Positions 8,416 through 16,982 of a DNA stretch of 59,019 bases are shown here, one piece after another. The stretch is from a virus (Duplodnaviria; Caudoviricetes). A program made the translations under genes and the position numbers. Under the pieces are notes generated by a model. It ran no database searches, was not told the DNA's origin, and saw nothing but the letters and a program-made list of their open reading frames with translations. How positions within the stretch are numbered: position 1 is the stretch's first letter; each line of letters opens with the position of its first letter. Location: IMG/VR virus record IMGVR_UViG_3300031716_000008, positions 1-59,019 of that record. One strand, given 5' to 3'.

Positions 8416-9625
8416 GACGGCTAACGTCCTCGATCACACTCAGGATTTGTCGGGCTCGGAACAGCATCGGCTGACGAATATCTACGCCCCGCCGGCCTTT
8501 GTTAAGGCGGCCAACCACGAACAGCTTTACGGCGACGCCGAAAAACTGCCGCATCACGTCTACGCCGATCCAACCAAGCGGTTGTACCCGCTGCACACGG
8601 CGGCGGCTACCTGGATGAGTGCCCTCTTCCTATTCGACAAGAAGGCCAACTTCGAGCCCCACCGCCTGGCGGCGTACGAAGCCAAGCTCAATGAGACGGC
8701 CCGGCACTTCGGGATCGCCGGCGATATCGCCCAGCTCAAGGTAGCCATGGCCCGCGACGAGAACAACGACGTCGCCCGTCTGCCGGATACTCAGTTCGCC
8801 CTGGTCTGGGAGGCTGAGGGCAAGAAGGAACGCCATTATCCGCTGCGGAACCGTATCGAGGTGAAGACTGCCTCCGAATGGTTTGGCAAGCACCGCGACA
8901 TGTTCGCCTTCGACGATCGCCGGCAGATCGCCAGCAAAATCCTCGCCCGGGCTGACGAATTGGCGGCCCCGGTGGCGGACATCGGTTTGCTCGTCAAAGC
9001 CGCCGGCCACGGCACGTGCGGCACCGAGCAGGCGATCGAGATGTTCGAGAAGCGGGCCGGCCTGGTCAACAGCCGCTACCCCGACCTCGCGGTCGAGATG
9101 CAGAAGCTGGCTAACAGCCTGCGGGCCTCCCCGTTGGCGGTGGCCGACAACGCCACCCGCCTGAAGATGGCGGCGACGGTCGATCAGTTCGACCGCCATA
9201 CTCACCTCAACCGGCTGTACGACGACGGCGGCCTGGAGCGGCCGGAAGAAATCCTCTTCCGCGTCACCCAGAAAGCCGCGTCCGAGTTCCTGCAGGATCA
9301 TATCTCCACGACCACCGGCTCGATCTACGAGAAGGCGGCCCTGGCCAAACTGACGCTCGGACACATCCAGCAGTGGATGGGTCGCGAAGTCGCCGAGGCA
9401 GTTAGCGCCGGCGGCTTGTACGTCGATATGGAGAAGCTGGCCGACGTCGTCACCACGTTGCCGCGTGGCGACGCGCAGATGTTCGACAAGATGGCCGAGT
9501 CCGTCGGCATCCAGCCGTATGCGGTTGAGAAAGCCGCGGAAGCCATCGGCCCCGATCGCGATGAGATCAAGGGCCTGGCGTCGCTTTATCAGCAGATGGC
9601 CAGCGAGGCTGTTCCGCTCAGTTAA
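8414..9625 (+). CDS. hypothetical protein, possibly head-associated
   Basis: 403 aa; GGAGG SD at 8401-8405; many KxA motifs. Confidence 0.75.
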   Translation: MTANVLDHTQDLSGSEQHRLTNIYAPPAFVKAANHEQLYGDAEKLPHHVYADPTKRLYPLHTAAATWMSALFLFDKKANFEPHRLAAYEAKLNETARHFGIAGDIAQLKVAMARDENNDVARLPDTQFALVWEAEGKKERHYPLRNRIEVKTASEWFGKHRDMFAFDDRRQIASKILARADELAAPVADIGLLVKAAGHGTCGTEQAIEMFEKRAGLVNSRYPDLAVEMQKLANSLRASPLAVADNATRLKMAATVDQFDRHTHLNRLYDDGGLERPEEILFRVTQKAASEFLQDHISTTTGSIYEKAALAKLTLGHIQQWMGREVAEAVSAGGLYVDMEKLADVVTTLPRGDAQMFDKMAESVGIQPYAVEKAAEAIGPDRDEIKGLASLYQQMASEAVPLS

Positions 9626-9968
9626 AGAGCTGATTCATCTTGTCGTCGTCGGACAGCTTCTGGCCGGCGACGCGGAGCGGCTTGGGATTGCGTGTCCAAC
9701 CCGGTACCAGGGCGTCTACTTCCTCGGCCGACCGCGACAGATCGGTGAAGCCCTGCACCTTGACGAAGACTTCGTCCGAGCCTTCTTTCACGACCACGGC
9801 CTGTACGACGTTGTCGAAGGTAGAGTTCGGCCCCGTGACGTTTGGGGCGTAGCCGGTGAGCAGCAGGTTGGGGAATGGCGGGCATGGTAGCTCCACCTTC
9901 CTCTCGTACAGCCAGAACGTCTGCTTATTGTCCAGAACGGCGAATTGGAGGGTGACTGGGTACTTCAT
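9618..9968 (-). CDS. hypothetical protein
   Basis: In-frame ATG 9968 (MKYPVTLQF...) of ORF 9618..10154. Confidence 0.6.
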   Translation of the reverse strand: MKYPVTLQFAVLDNKQTFWLYERKVELPCPPFPNLLLTGYAPNVTGPNSTFDNVVQAVVVKEGSDEVFVKVQGFTDLSRSAEEVDALVPGWTRNPKPLRVAGQKLSDDDKMNQLFN

Positions 9969-10209
9969 TTTTGCGGGGCAAGTGGGCGGTGGCGTTGGTA
10001 AGGCTACCCGTCTGCGGCACGGCCGCAGTTGTGGTGCCGGCAGCGACAGCAGCACGCTCGCGATCGGCGATCTCCTGCCGCTTGATCGGCACGTCGGACG
10101 GGGCTTCGAATCCCAGGCGAACTTTGTCGCCCATGACCTCGACGACGGTGACAACGATGTTGTCGCCGATTAGGACACGTTCATCACGCTTGCGGCTCAG
10201 TACTAGCAT
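9925..10209 (-). CDS. csrA: carbon storage regulator CsrA/RsmA family RNA-binding protein
   Basis: MLVLSRKRDERVLIGDNIVVTVVEVMGDKVRLGFEAPSDVPIKRQEI is the canonical CsrA pattern; GGAGG SD upstream. Confidence 0.93.
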   Translation of the reverse strand: MLVLSRKRDERVLIGDNIVVTVVEVMGDKVRLGFEAPSDVPIKRQEIADRERAAVAAGTTTAAVPQTGSLTNATAHLPRKNEVPSHPPIRRSGQ

Positions 10210-10239
10210 AGCAATGTTCCTCCCTGAGTAGGGTAAAGG

Positions 10240-11124
10240 TTAGGGGGCGAGATCGATCGAGCGGGTGCGGCCCGACTCGTCTTCGGCAGCCTCTATGGCG
10301 GCCTCGTGTAAGTCAATTTCTTCGTACTCGGCGACGACACCGATCAGCCAGTCGCCCAGCGCCTGCTCGTCGTTGGTCCGGAGATCGAATTTCGTAATCG
10401 GTACGCCACGATCGGCGACGTAGCCGTGCCAGCCGACGTGGGATGGCGTAATGGTGAGCGACAGCTCCCCCTGGTCTCCTCCGAACACAAACGTGATGCG
10501 GGGAGAATTCGTCATCGGGTCGACGTTTTGCAAGTCCTCATCCGGCGGTACAGCGATAAGCTGCCCGCAACGACGGAAGCGAACACCGGCGTCACGCAGG
10601 TGGTGAAACAGCGACAGCGCTATAGCCAGGCGGGCGGCCCGGGAGTTTACGATCGTCTGCGCTGTCTCGGCAGCGACCTCGGCCTGCTGAATCTTCGCCG
10701 CCCGCGATCGTTGCAGACGCTCGGCGAACGGCACCGCCGTCTGCTGGGCCGTCAGCTCGAAGTTATCGCCGATGTAGACCCAGGCGGCAATTTCTTTCGC
10801 GGTCTCGCGATCGATGCCGCGGGCCACGCAGAACTCCGTCACACCGCGGCCGATCATTTCCTTCAGGCAGTCCTTGTTGTACTCGACGTTGTCCCCGTCT
10901 GGCACTTCATTGATCAGTCGCACTAGCCCCCCGAACAGCCGCGTGAGCGCCTCCGGAGCGTAGTACGTCCGTGCGAGGTAGTTCAGGTGCAGACCCATTG
11001 CCGCACACAGCGAGTAGAACGTGTCGTAGTCGTCCGCATTGCTGCAGCCGATGCGCTTCGCCTCTTCGCGCATGCCGTGGAACACGTCGTTGCGAACGGC
11101 GACTTGGGGCCAGTGCTCGCTCAT
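10240..11124 (-). CDS. hypothetical protein with shared C-terminal tag (SGRTRSIDLAP)
   Basis: ATG 11124 coupled to upstream stop; C-terminal motif shared with neighbours. Confidence 0.65.
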   Translation of the reverse strand: MSEHWPQVAVRNDVFHGMREEAKRIGCSNADDYDTFYSLCAAMGLHLNYLARTYYAPEALTRLFGGLVRLINEVPDGDNVEYNKDCLKEMIGRGVTEFCVARGIDRETAKEIAAWVYIGDNFELTAQQTAVPFAERLQRSRAAKIQQAEVAAETAQTIVNSRAARLAIALSLFHHLRDAGVRFRRCGQLIAVPPDEDLQNVDPMTNSPRITFVFGGDQGELSLTITPSHVGWHGYVADRGVPITKFDLRTNDEQALGDWLIGVVAEYEEIDLHEAAIEAAEDESGRTRSIDLAP

Positions 11125-11873
11125 GCTGCCAGGTCCTTGTGGATTCTGCCGAGCAAGGCTGCCTCCCATACGGGGCGGCGCGCCTGCCAGCAGATGCCGC
11201 ATTTCGTACAGGTGATCTCCGGGTCCCGGTTGACGCCTTGCTCGGGCGGACAGACCTGAACCCCGTTTGCCTTTTTGAGTATAGTCTTCGTGCTCGCCCG
11301 GAACACGAGGTCACAGTCATCCGGCGCCGTTTGGGCGTCGGCGTCGTCGATCGCCATGTAAGCGCGACGCACGCCCTGCACTAATGGTGCCGGACCGGTC
11401 TCGCGGTCGAGCGACCACCAGAGCTGCACGTTCGGCAACCGGGCCAATCTTAACAACTCGGGGAAGATGTCATCGCACCGCCAGGAGCGGGTGTAGCAAA
11501 AAATTTGCACTTGCGGGACAAGGCCGGCTATCCGCACCCATTTCTTGGTGTATCCCACGTCGTAAAAGTCGCCAGCGCAGTGTACTCGCAATACGCGAAC
11601 GAACTGCCCGCGTAGAGCGCAGGTCATCCATTCGACGAAGCGATCGGTTTGTGAAAATTGGAAATTGCGCTCGTGTGACCTCCTAACGGACGGCATCACA
11701 AATAAGCCGCCCGTAGCGTAACACTCCCCGGCGCACAGATGCGATCTCCCTGGGCATGTGGTTATTGCCGGTATGGACCATGTGTGTATCAACGGCCCGA
11801 GTTTTTCGTTACCCAGCGGCAGTTGCTTGGGTACGTCTTGGTAAACCGGTAATGTGATTCCAGCTCCAGCCAT
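11121..11873 (-). CDS. Gp88-like phage protein (Cys-rich)
   Basis: GNEKLG..TWSIPAITTCPGRSHLCAGECYA..RVHCAGDFY..CYTRSW..CTKCGICW pattern. Confidence 0.7.
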   Translation of the reverse strand: MAGAGITLPVYQDVPKQLPLGNEKLGPLIHTWSIPAITTCPGRSHLCAGECYATGGLFVMPSVRRSHERNFQFSQTDRFVEWMTCALRGQFVRVLRVHCAGDFYDVGYTKKWVRIAGLVPQVQIFCYTRSWRCDDIFPELLRLARLPNVQLWWSLDRETGPAPLVQGVRRAYMAIDDADAQTAPDDCDLVFRASTKTILKKANGVQVCPPEQGVNRDPEITCTKCGICWQARRPVWEAALLGRIHKDLAA

Positions 11874-12423
11874 GAATAATGTTGCTTAGTTGAGTACGTC
11901 CGATCTCGCGGTAGTCCTTTCGAATTGAGGACATTTTTTCGCCATCGTTGTGGCGTTGTACTATGTCTCGCACGGCTGCTTCGGTAAGTGCCGCGTTGTA
12001 GTGTGCTTCACCAATAACCATGCCGCCGTTGCGTCTTTGATCTTCATGATTATCGTGCGGCGTACCCCAGTAAACATTGTCGAGCCGGCAATCGCCGGGG
12101 ATGTCATTTTCGTGACACGCTTGCCGCCCGGGCGGTCGCGGCCCGACGAAAGTCAGCAGCACTAGGTGATGCACCTTCCGTTGGTACTTCTTTCCGTCTT
12201 TGTACAGCGTTAGCTGGAGATAGCCGCTGCGCACCAGCGTGGCCGGTTGCATCTGTCGCCACACACCGCCTTGGGTGAACTTGCAGCCGCGACCACCTCC
12301 GACTGGCCAGATACGTTTCCAGCACGTCCACACTGAGCCATCGGTGCCGACGCGGTAGCCCGGGAACCCTGGAATCGATGCATAGATCGTTTCACAAGTC
12401 GATTGCGCGGGCCTCTTTGCCAT
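11809..12423 (-). CDS. NUMOD4/HNH homing endonuclease
   Basis: IPGFPGYRVGTDGSVW (NUMOD4), VHHLVLLTFVGPRP..CHEND..NVYWGT..N (HNH), C-terminal HTH; ATG at 12423. Confidence 0.85.
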   Translation of the reverse strand: MAKRPAQSTCETIYASIPGFPGYRVGTDGSVWTCWKRIWPVGGGRGCKFTQGGVWRQMQPATLVRSGYLQLTLYKDGKKYQRKVHHLVLLTFVGPRPPGRQACHENDIPGDCRLDNVYWGTPHDNHEDQRRNGGMVIGEAHYNAALTEAAVRDIVQRHNDGEKMSSIRKDYREIGRTQLSNIIHGWSWNHITGLPRRTQATAAG

Positions 12424-13105
12424 AGTCTTCCTCTTGATTGACCACCGTCGGCTTGAGCAGGAACTCTTGGAGTTCCAGTTGTTCAGCCTTGACCGCTGGG
12501 TCGTTCCAAGGTTCGTAGCTGACCAGCTCGTCAGCCTTGTTGAGCAAGTACCGCTTGATGTAGTCACACACATCAGGCGGGAAGGTGAGCGACCGCCGGA
12601 GGCTCTCCTGCAGCAGAGCGCGGAAGGCGGTCTGCTGTCGCAGCCACCGCCGGGCGGAGAGGGCGAGGACGGCCTCCAGCGGCACCTGGTCGTACATTTG
12701 GTAGAGCGACTCCACATTGCGCACGCACCAGATGACGGTCTGCCAGAGATGCTGGTCGACCATATCGTGAATACGATATACGCCTTGCGGCGTGGACCAG
12801 GTGTCGGACTGGAACCAGTCGATCAGGAACTCCGGCCGCGGGCGTTGTGGGGCGACCGCGACTTCGGACGGGGCGATGGCGTTCCGGGCTGCCTCGGCCC
12901 GGCGTTCCGCCGCCTCCCGCATCCGTCGCGTTACCATGCCGCCGAAGAGCCGATCGTTCTCGCGGCTCTGCTCGTAAGAGGCGCTCCGCTGGTTGTCCCG
13001 GCCGGGACCAGGGCCAAACGCCGCCCGCAGCCGTGCGTCGGCCGCACGTTCCTCCGGTGTGGGGAACAGGCTTTGGAGATCGTCGGCGTTGATTTCGTCA
13101 GACAT
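12392..13105 (-). CDS. hypothetical protein with shared C-terminal tag (YGKEARAIDL)
   Basis: 237 aa ORF in coupled chain. Confidence 0.7.
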   Translation of the reverse strand: MSDEINADDLQSLFPTPEERAADARLRAAFGPGPGRDNQRSASYEQSRENDRLFGGMVTRRMREAAERRAEAARNAIAPSEVAVAPQRPRPEFLIDWFQSDTWSTPQGVYRIHDMVDQHLWQTVIWCVRNVESLYQMYDQVPLEAVLALSARRWLRQQTAFRALLQESLRRSLTFPPDVCDYIKRYLLNKADELVSYEPWNDPAVKAEQLELQEFLLKPTVVNQEEDYGKEARAIDL

Positions 13106-13107
13106 GG

Positions 13108-13524
13108 TTAATCCAGCATGATCGCCCGTAGCTCGCGGGTGCCTTCCACCGTCGGTATGTGCTTCTGCACATCACGGACCGTGCGGATCGGAATAGGTTC
13201 GTTCTCGACCTTCTCCTTATCGAAGCAAGGCCGAGTGCCCTCCATGTCCTGCGTATGGCAGCAAGTCCGCTTGGGGCTGCCCTTCTTCTTGATCGTCCAG
13301 CCGGGGCAATTACAGCTCGTTCGCCGCTCGCCCGTGGTCGGATCAATCCAAGTGATAGTAGTATATTGCGTCAATCCGTTGGACGACAGCCAATGCTGCA
13401 CGTCCGTGGGCACCTGCGGGCGGTCGTTCACGTGAGCGACGCCGCCGATGAAAGGAACTCCAACGTCCGACTGGATGAACGGTTGGAGTTCCTCGGTTGC
13501 CTGTTGTTGTCGTAAGCGTGCCAT
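13108..13524 (-). CDS. SWIM-type zinc-finger protein with shared C-terminal tag (GTRELRAIMLD)
   Basis: SCNCPGW...RTCCH SWIM pattern; TAATG coupling at 13524. Confidence 0.7.
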   Translation of the reverse strand: MARLRQQQATEELQPFIQSDVGVPFIGGVAHVNDRPQVPTDVQHWLSSNGLTQYTTITWIDPTTGERRTSCNCPGWTIKKKGSPKRTCCHTQDMEGTRPCFDKEKVENEPIPIRTVRDVQKHIPTVEGTRELRAIMLD

Positions 13525-14591
13525 TAGATGTCGATGCCGCGTAGCTCGCGGCCGAACTCCTGGATATCCGACGCAGCGCTGGCTGCGTTGTTGATCTCGT
13601 TCTGGACGGACTGTAGGGCCGCTGAGAAACCGTTGTTTGCGGCCGTCACGTGGTCGAGCGTGGTGGGCGTGGTAATGTTCAGCCGCCGCTCCAACGACTT
13701 GATCTGCGTCATCAGGTCCTCGTTGGCGACGAAGTCGAACAGGCGGATCTTGGCGATCGCTGCGTGGACCGGCTTGAAACTCTTGGCCGTGACGTTGCCG
13801 TCGCGGGCAATCAGCTCCTGCAGGTTCGCCAGGGCTTCCGCCAGCTCCTCGCGGGGGCCGGCGACCATCGACTCGATCGCCTCTTCCACCTTGCGATGGA
13901 CGGCGTCGCGAACGATGACGTTGTGGTTGGCCAGCTCGTCCATGTTGACGTCCTGGCCAGCGCCGCCGGCCAATTCGATAGGCACGGCGTCGACGTAGAA
14001 CTTCTTCCGCATCTCGCTGGCGTCGTGCGGCACCTTGCTGTAGACCGCCTCCCACACGTCCGGATTATCGGCGGCGATCTGGCGATAGATGTCCGCCAGG
14101 TCACTGCAAAACTCATCGGCCATGCGGGCGAGCTGGTAGGCGACCGACTGCTGCTCCAACGGGAGCAACTGCCCGTCGCCACCACGTTGACCCAGCGGGG
14201 CGCCGTTCTCGTTCACAGGACCGAGCAACGCGGCGAAGTAGGTAGCTCCGACGCTTCTCGGGATTATTCGAACGCCATGTATAGGAAAGGGAACGGACCA
14301 AAGCTCCCCCAGCCGTTTTTGCTTCCGCTCGATCTCCTGGAAGCGTTTCTTCCAGGCCTTGCCGGCGCTGTCGCGCGGGCAATCGTCTTTGAGTAAGATC
14401 GATCGCGGCGTCGTGGTGTCCCCGTCTTTGACTGCCTTGCCTTCGAGGGCGACGCCGATCTTTTCTTTGGAGATTTGATAGTAGCCCCGCCAGCATCCGA
14501 ACGTGGGGGACAAGAGCAGCACGCGTTGCTGCAGCGCCTGTTGACGGGCATGAAGCGTGTCAACGGGCTCGTCGGCGAGCATGGTTGTCAT
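13524..14591 (-). CDS. DUF3150-like helical protein with shared C-terminal tag (FGRELRGIDI)
   Basis: 355 aa; N-terminal CWRG, SVPFPIHGVRIIP, helical C-terminal half; neighbourhood of Ycf46-like ATPase. Confidence 0.6.
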   Translation of the reverse strand: MTTMLADEPVDTLHARQQALQQRVLLLSPTFGCWRGYYQISKEKIGVALEGKAVKDGDTTTPRSILLKDDCPRDSAGKAWKKRFQEIERKQKRLGELWSVPFPIHGVRIIPRSVGATYFAALLGPVNENGAPLGQRGGDGQLLPLEQQSVAYQLARMADEFCSDLADIYRQIAADNPDVWEAVYSKVPHDASEMRKKFYVDAVPIELAGGAGQDVNMDELANHNVIVRDAVHRKVEEAIESMVAGPREELAEALANLQELIARDGNVTAKSFKPVHAAIAKIRLFDFVANEDLMTQIKSLERRLNITTPTTLDHVTAANNGFSAALQSVQNEINNAASAASDIQEFGRELRGIDI

Positions 14592-14812
14592 TTCAAATAG
14601 CGAAGAACAATCGGTGACAGTAGCTTAACCAGCGTGTGGACGGCCAGGTAGATCGGCCACAGTGTTGTAATCGCATAGCACGTGAACAACACTCGCTGAA
14701 AACAGTAATGCCGCTGCTGGTGATATACCGGCGAGGCATCCAAGACGCGGGACGTCATGATAGTCCCGACAATGAGATAGGCCCACAGTCCGACGAAGTA
14801 GGTTGCTGTCAT
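14588..14812 (-). CDS. small two-TM membrane protein
   Basis: Two hydrophobic stretches, LWPIYL motif. Confidence 0.55.
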   Translation of the reverse strand: MTATYFVGLWAYLIVGTIMTSRVLDASPVYHQQRHYCFQRVLFTCYAITTLWPIYLAVHTLVKLLSPIVLRYLK

Positions 14813-14818
14813 CGGTTT

Positions 14819-15496
14819 CTAAGTACCAGGTTTGGGAGCTTCTTTTGGCGGCAGCGTGTCGTGACTGGCCAGCTCCGGTACGACGTCTTCTAGCTTTTCA
14901 TTGATCTCGATCAGCCTGAAGCCCTCGTCCTCGTCGTCGGCCCAGTACTCCTTGTCGAAGAAGGTGCGGCCGTCATCAAGAATGTAAAAGTAGCCGACTG
15001 CGTCGTAACCGCCGATCGGATGAATGAATATCGCCCAGCCGGCAGGCTGCCTCTCGATCTGCACGTCGGGCACATCGTAGTCGTCTATGTCCTTGGAGCC
15101 AAGAACGATTCGTACGCCATCGGACTCCAGGAGCAGGATGGACTTTTCGGGCTCCCCCCATTCGGGCTTCGTGTCGTTGGCGACCTCGTTGGGGTACAAC
15201 CGGCCGTTGTACGTTGGTACGTCTAGGGTTAGCTCACGGAGAGCCTTGCCGAAGGTAGGGATATCGCCGACGGCGATCGGCCCGGTCAGGGCGAAGTCGT
15301 CGAAGTCGGTCGGGTCGGCCGGCGGCTCATCGCCGGGCAGCAATTCGATCCCCAGCGACTTGGCCAGCTCCTTGTAGAACGCGTCCCGCTCGTCGGTAAA
15401 GGCTTCGGGGACGTTCTTCGGGTCGATGAGGACCGGGTACTGCTCGTACGCCGATCCCTGACCGTGGGTGAGGATATACAGCTTGGCAATGCTCAT
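14819..15496 (-). CDS. acidic hypothetical protein
   Basis: 225 aa ORF in coupled chain. Confidence 0.65.
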   Translation of the reverse strand: MSIAKLYILTHGQGSAYEQYPVLIDPKNVPEAFTDERDAFYKELAKSLGIELLPGDEPPADPTDFDDFALTGPIAVGDIPTFGKALRELTLDVPTYNGRLYPNEVANDTKPEWGEPEKSILLLESDGVRIVLGSKDIDDYDVPDVQIERQPAGWAIFIHPIGGYDAVGYFYILDDGRTFFDKEYWADDEDEGFRLIEINEKLEDVVPELASHDTLPPKEAPKPGT

Positions 15497-15765
15497 GGCG
15501 GGTTTGGTGAAGTGTCCCAGCCCAATAGCCGGCGGATCTTCGGATGGTCGCGATCGAGCTTGTTGTTCTGCTCGGCCGCGGTGATGATGTCCGTCGACAT
15601 CGTACGAAGTAGCTCGCCCATCAAACGCAGGGCGTCGCGATCACTGGTTTGCAGGGCCGTCTCCGCCATCAACGTCCAGCCGTTGAATAACCGGCCCTGT
15701 ACTTGCCCCTCGCCCACGTCCTGTAGGTGGATGTTCAGATTGCGTAGGGGTTGGATGGTTTGCAT
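15493..15765 (-). CDS. hypothetical protein
   Basis: 90 aa ORF; stop overlaps next start. Confidence 0.55.
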   Translation of the reverse strand: MQTIQPLRNLNIHLQDVGEGQVQGRLFNGWTLMAETALQTSDRDALRLMGELLRTMSTDIITAAEQNNKLDRDHPKIRRLLGWDTSPNPP

Positions 15766-15919
15766 CTTCAGGATGGCTTAGGAGGTGCTCCGCCAATTTG
15801 ATCTCAAATGCGGCGAAGTCGAAGTCGGTAAAGACCCGCTCAGTCTGCGGCAGGAACCGCACGATCTGCGGATTCACCGGATGCCTCGCGTACAGGTCCG
15901 TGATTTTGGGCAGGGGCAT
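15641..15919 (-). CDS. hypothetical protein (overlaps both neighbours)
   Basis: GGAG upstream of ATG; 3' half overlaps 15493..15765, so the call is uncertain. Confidence 0.35.
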   Translation of the reverse strand: MPLPKITDLYARHPVNPQIVRFLPQTERVFTDFDFAAFEIKLAEHLLSHPEDANHPTPTQSEHPPTGRGRGASTGPVIQRLDVDGGDGPANQ

Positions 15920-16355
15920 TGGTAGTCTCCGATTGGATACAGGGTTCGCAGAAGGGGATACCGTGGGCTTTGAGCCACACTACCTCTTCCGCCAGGGCAG
16001 TTTCTTTGTCGTCGTAAGGGCCGAGGACGGGGCCGTTGACGGGCAGCATGTCCGCGTACCACCGATCCTTCGGTAGCAGCTTCCGCAATTGACCGCTCTG
16101 CTCGGTCGTATTACGGGCAAGCAGTATTTTCCGCTCGGTGTCGAACGGTAGCTTCTCGTCTTTGTAGGGGCCGTGTTCGAAGAGCCAAGCAACCGCGGCG
16201 TCGGACAGATTGAAATTCGTTTCGACGTGCGACGCTCGCCGTGTCTCAATGTCGCCCTTGCTCGCAGTAGCAACCGCCCGTAGCACCTTCCTGGTTTTCG
16301 GGCTGTCAATGGCCCGTATCTCCCCAGTCGGCCCGACCACTATGTTCTCAGCCAC
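15840..16355 (-). CDS. 'RRASHVE...WxADxxPVxGPVLGP' family protein that accompanies DUF1257/DUF2997/AAA clusters
   Basis: RRASHVE and WYADMLPVNGPVLGPYDDKETALAEEVVWL motifs, recalled from Planctomycetota mobile clusters; about 45-aa insertion between them. Confidence 0.7.
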   Translation of the reverse strand: MAENIVVGPTGEIRAIDSPKTRKVLRAVATASKGDIETRRASHVETNFNLSDAAVAWLFEHGPYKDEKLPFDTERKILLARNTTEQSGQLRKLLPKDRWYADMLPVNGPVLGPYDDKETALAEEVVWLKAHGIPFCEPCIQSETTNAPAQNHGPVREASGESADRAVPAAD

Positions 16356-16359
16356 GCAT

Positions 16360-16545
16360 TTACTCCCTGGTTAATTCTCCGGTAAGCAACGCCCGTTCGA
16401 TACGGGCATCGTCCCAACAGACACGCTCTTTAATTCGTTTAATCTGCCGTCTGTGTACACCGAACTGCGCGCCGAGTCTGGTGAGCGTACCCTCGGCGTC
16501 GCGTATGTCTAGTATCTGTCGCAATGTGAGTTTGATATTGCCGTC
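16360..16545 (-). pseudogene. remnant C-terminal HTH of an HNH endonuclease
   Basis: Frame without a clear start: GNIKLTLRQILDIRDAEGTLTRLGAQFGVHRRQIKRIKERVCW, similar to the tail of the 11809..12423 HNH. Confidence 0.45.
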
Positions 16546-16670
16546 CGCATGATCTCTTCGATGTCGTGCGTCTCAGCGACGGTGCAACCCGTCGCCTCCA
16601 TAATGATATCACCATACGGCGATCGCCGGCTCGCTTTGTAGGCGGCGACTTGCTCGGAGCTAAAGTCCAT
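16509..16670 (-). CDS. 53-aa hypothetical protein, possibly truncated
   Basis: Read by hand: MDFSSEQVAAYKASRRSPYGDIIMEATGCTVAETHDIEEIMRT... Confidence 0.45.
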   Translation of the reverse strand: MDFSSEQVAAYKASRRSPYGDIIMEATGCTVAETHDIEEIMRTAISNSHCDRY

Positions 16671-16980
16671 CTTTCAAAAACTTGTCGCAGGCCAGCGACG
16701 CGTCGCCGCGGTTGGTAATACGGTAGTATCGCCGAAATATCGATTGGTCGTCGACGGCGATCAAACGGTCGAAAGCAGCCACGTACTGATCTTCGACCGC
16801 CAATTCTCGCATCAGCACGTACAGCTCGACTTGACTCATGCCGAGCCCTTTAACCTGCAGTACCTGGCCTAGCGTGTAGCCGCTGACAGGTTGATTTTTG
16901 CGTAGATCATCCAGGATCGCGTATACGCGATCCTCCCGAAGCTGTTTCCGATCAAACCATTCGCGGAGAAACAGATACAT
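16660..16980 (-). CDS. winged-helix (PadR-like) protein
   Basis: SGYTLGQVL..ELYVLMREL..RRYYRITNRG resembles PadR wHTH. Confidence 0.55.
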   Translation of the reverse strand: MYLFLREWFDRKQLREDRVYAILDDLRKNQPVSGYTLGQVLQVKGLGMSQVELYVLMRELAVEDQYVAAFDRLIAVDDQSIFRRYYRITNRGDASLACDKFLKDGL

Positions 16981-16982
16981 GG

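Noticed and set aside
13525-14055. 5' extensions of ORFs 13108..14055, 11809..12717, 20778..21761, 23403..23855 and 29935..30831
   Set aside because: They overlap upstream genes out of frame with Arg/Pro-rich junk; coupled internal ATGs give better starts.
16305-16330. GEIRAIDS in the RRASHVE protein resembling the tag
   Set aside because: N-terminal rather than C-terminal, and corresponds to the family's own first beta-strands.
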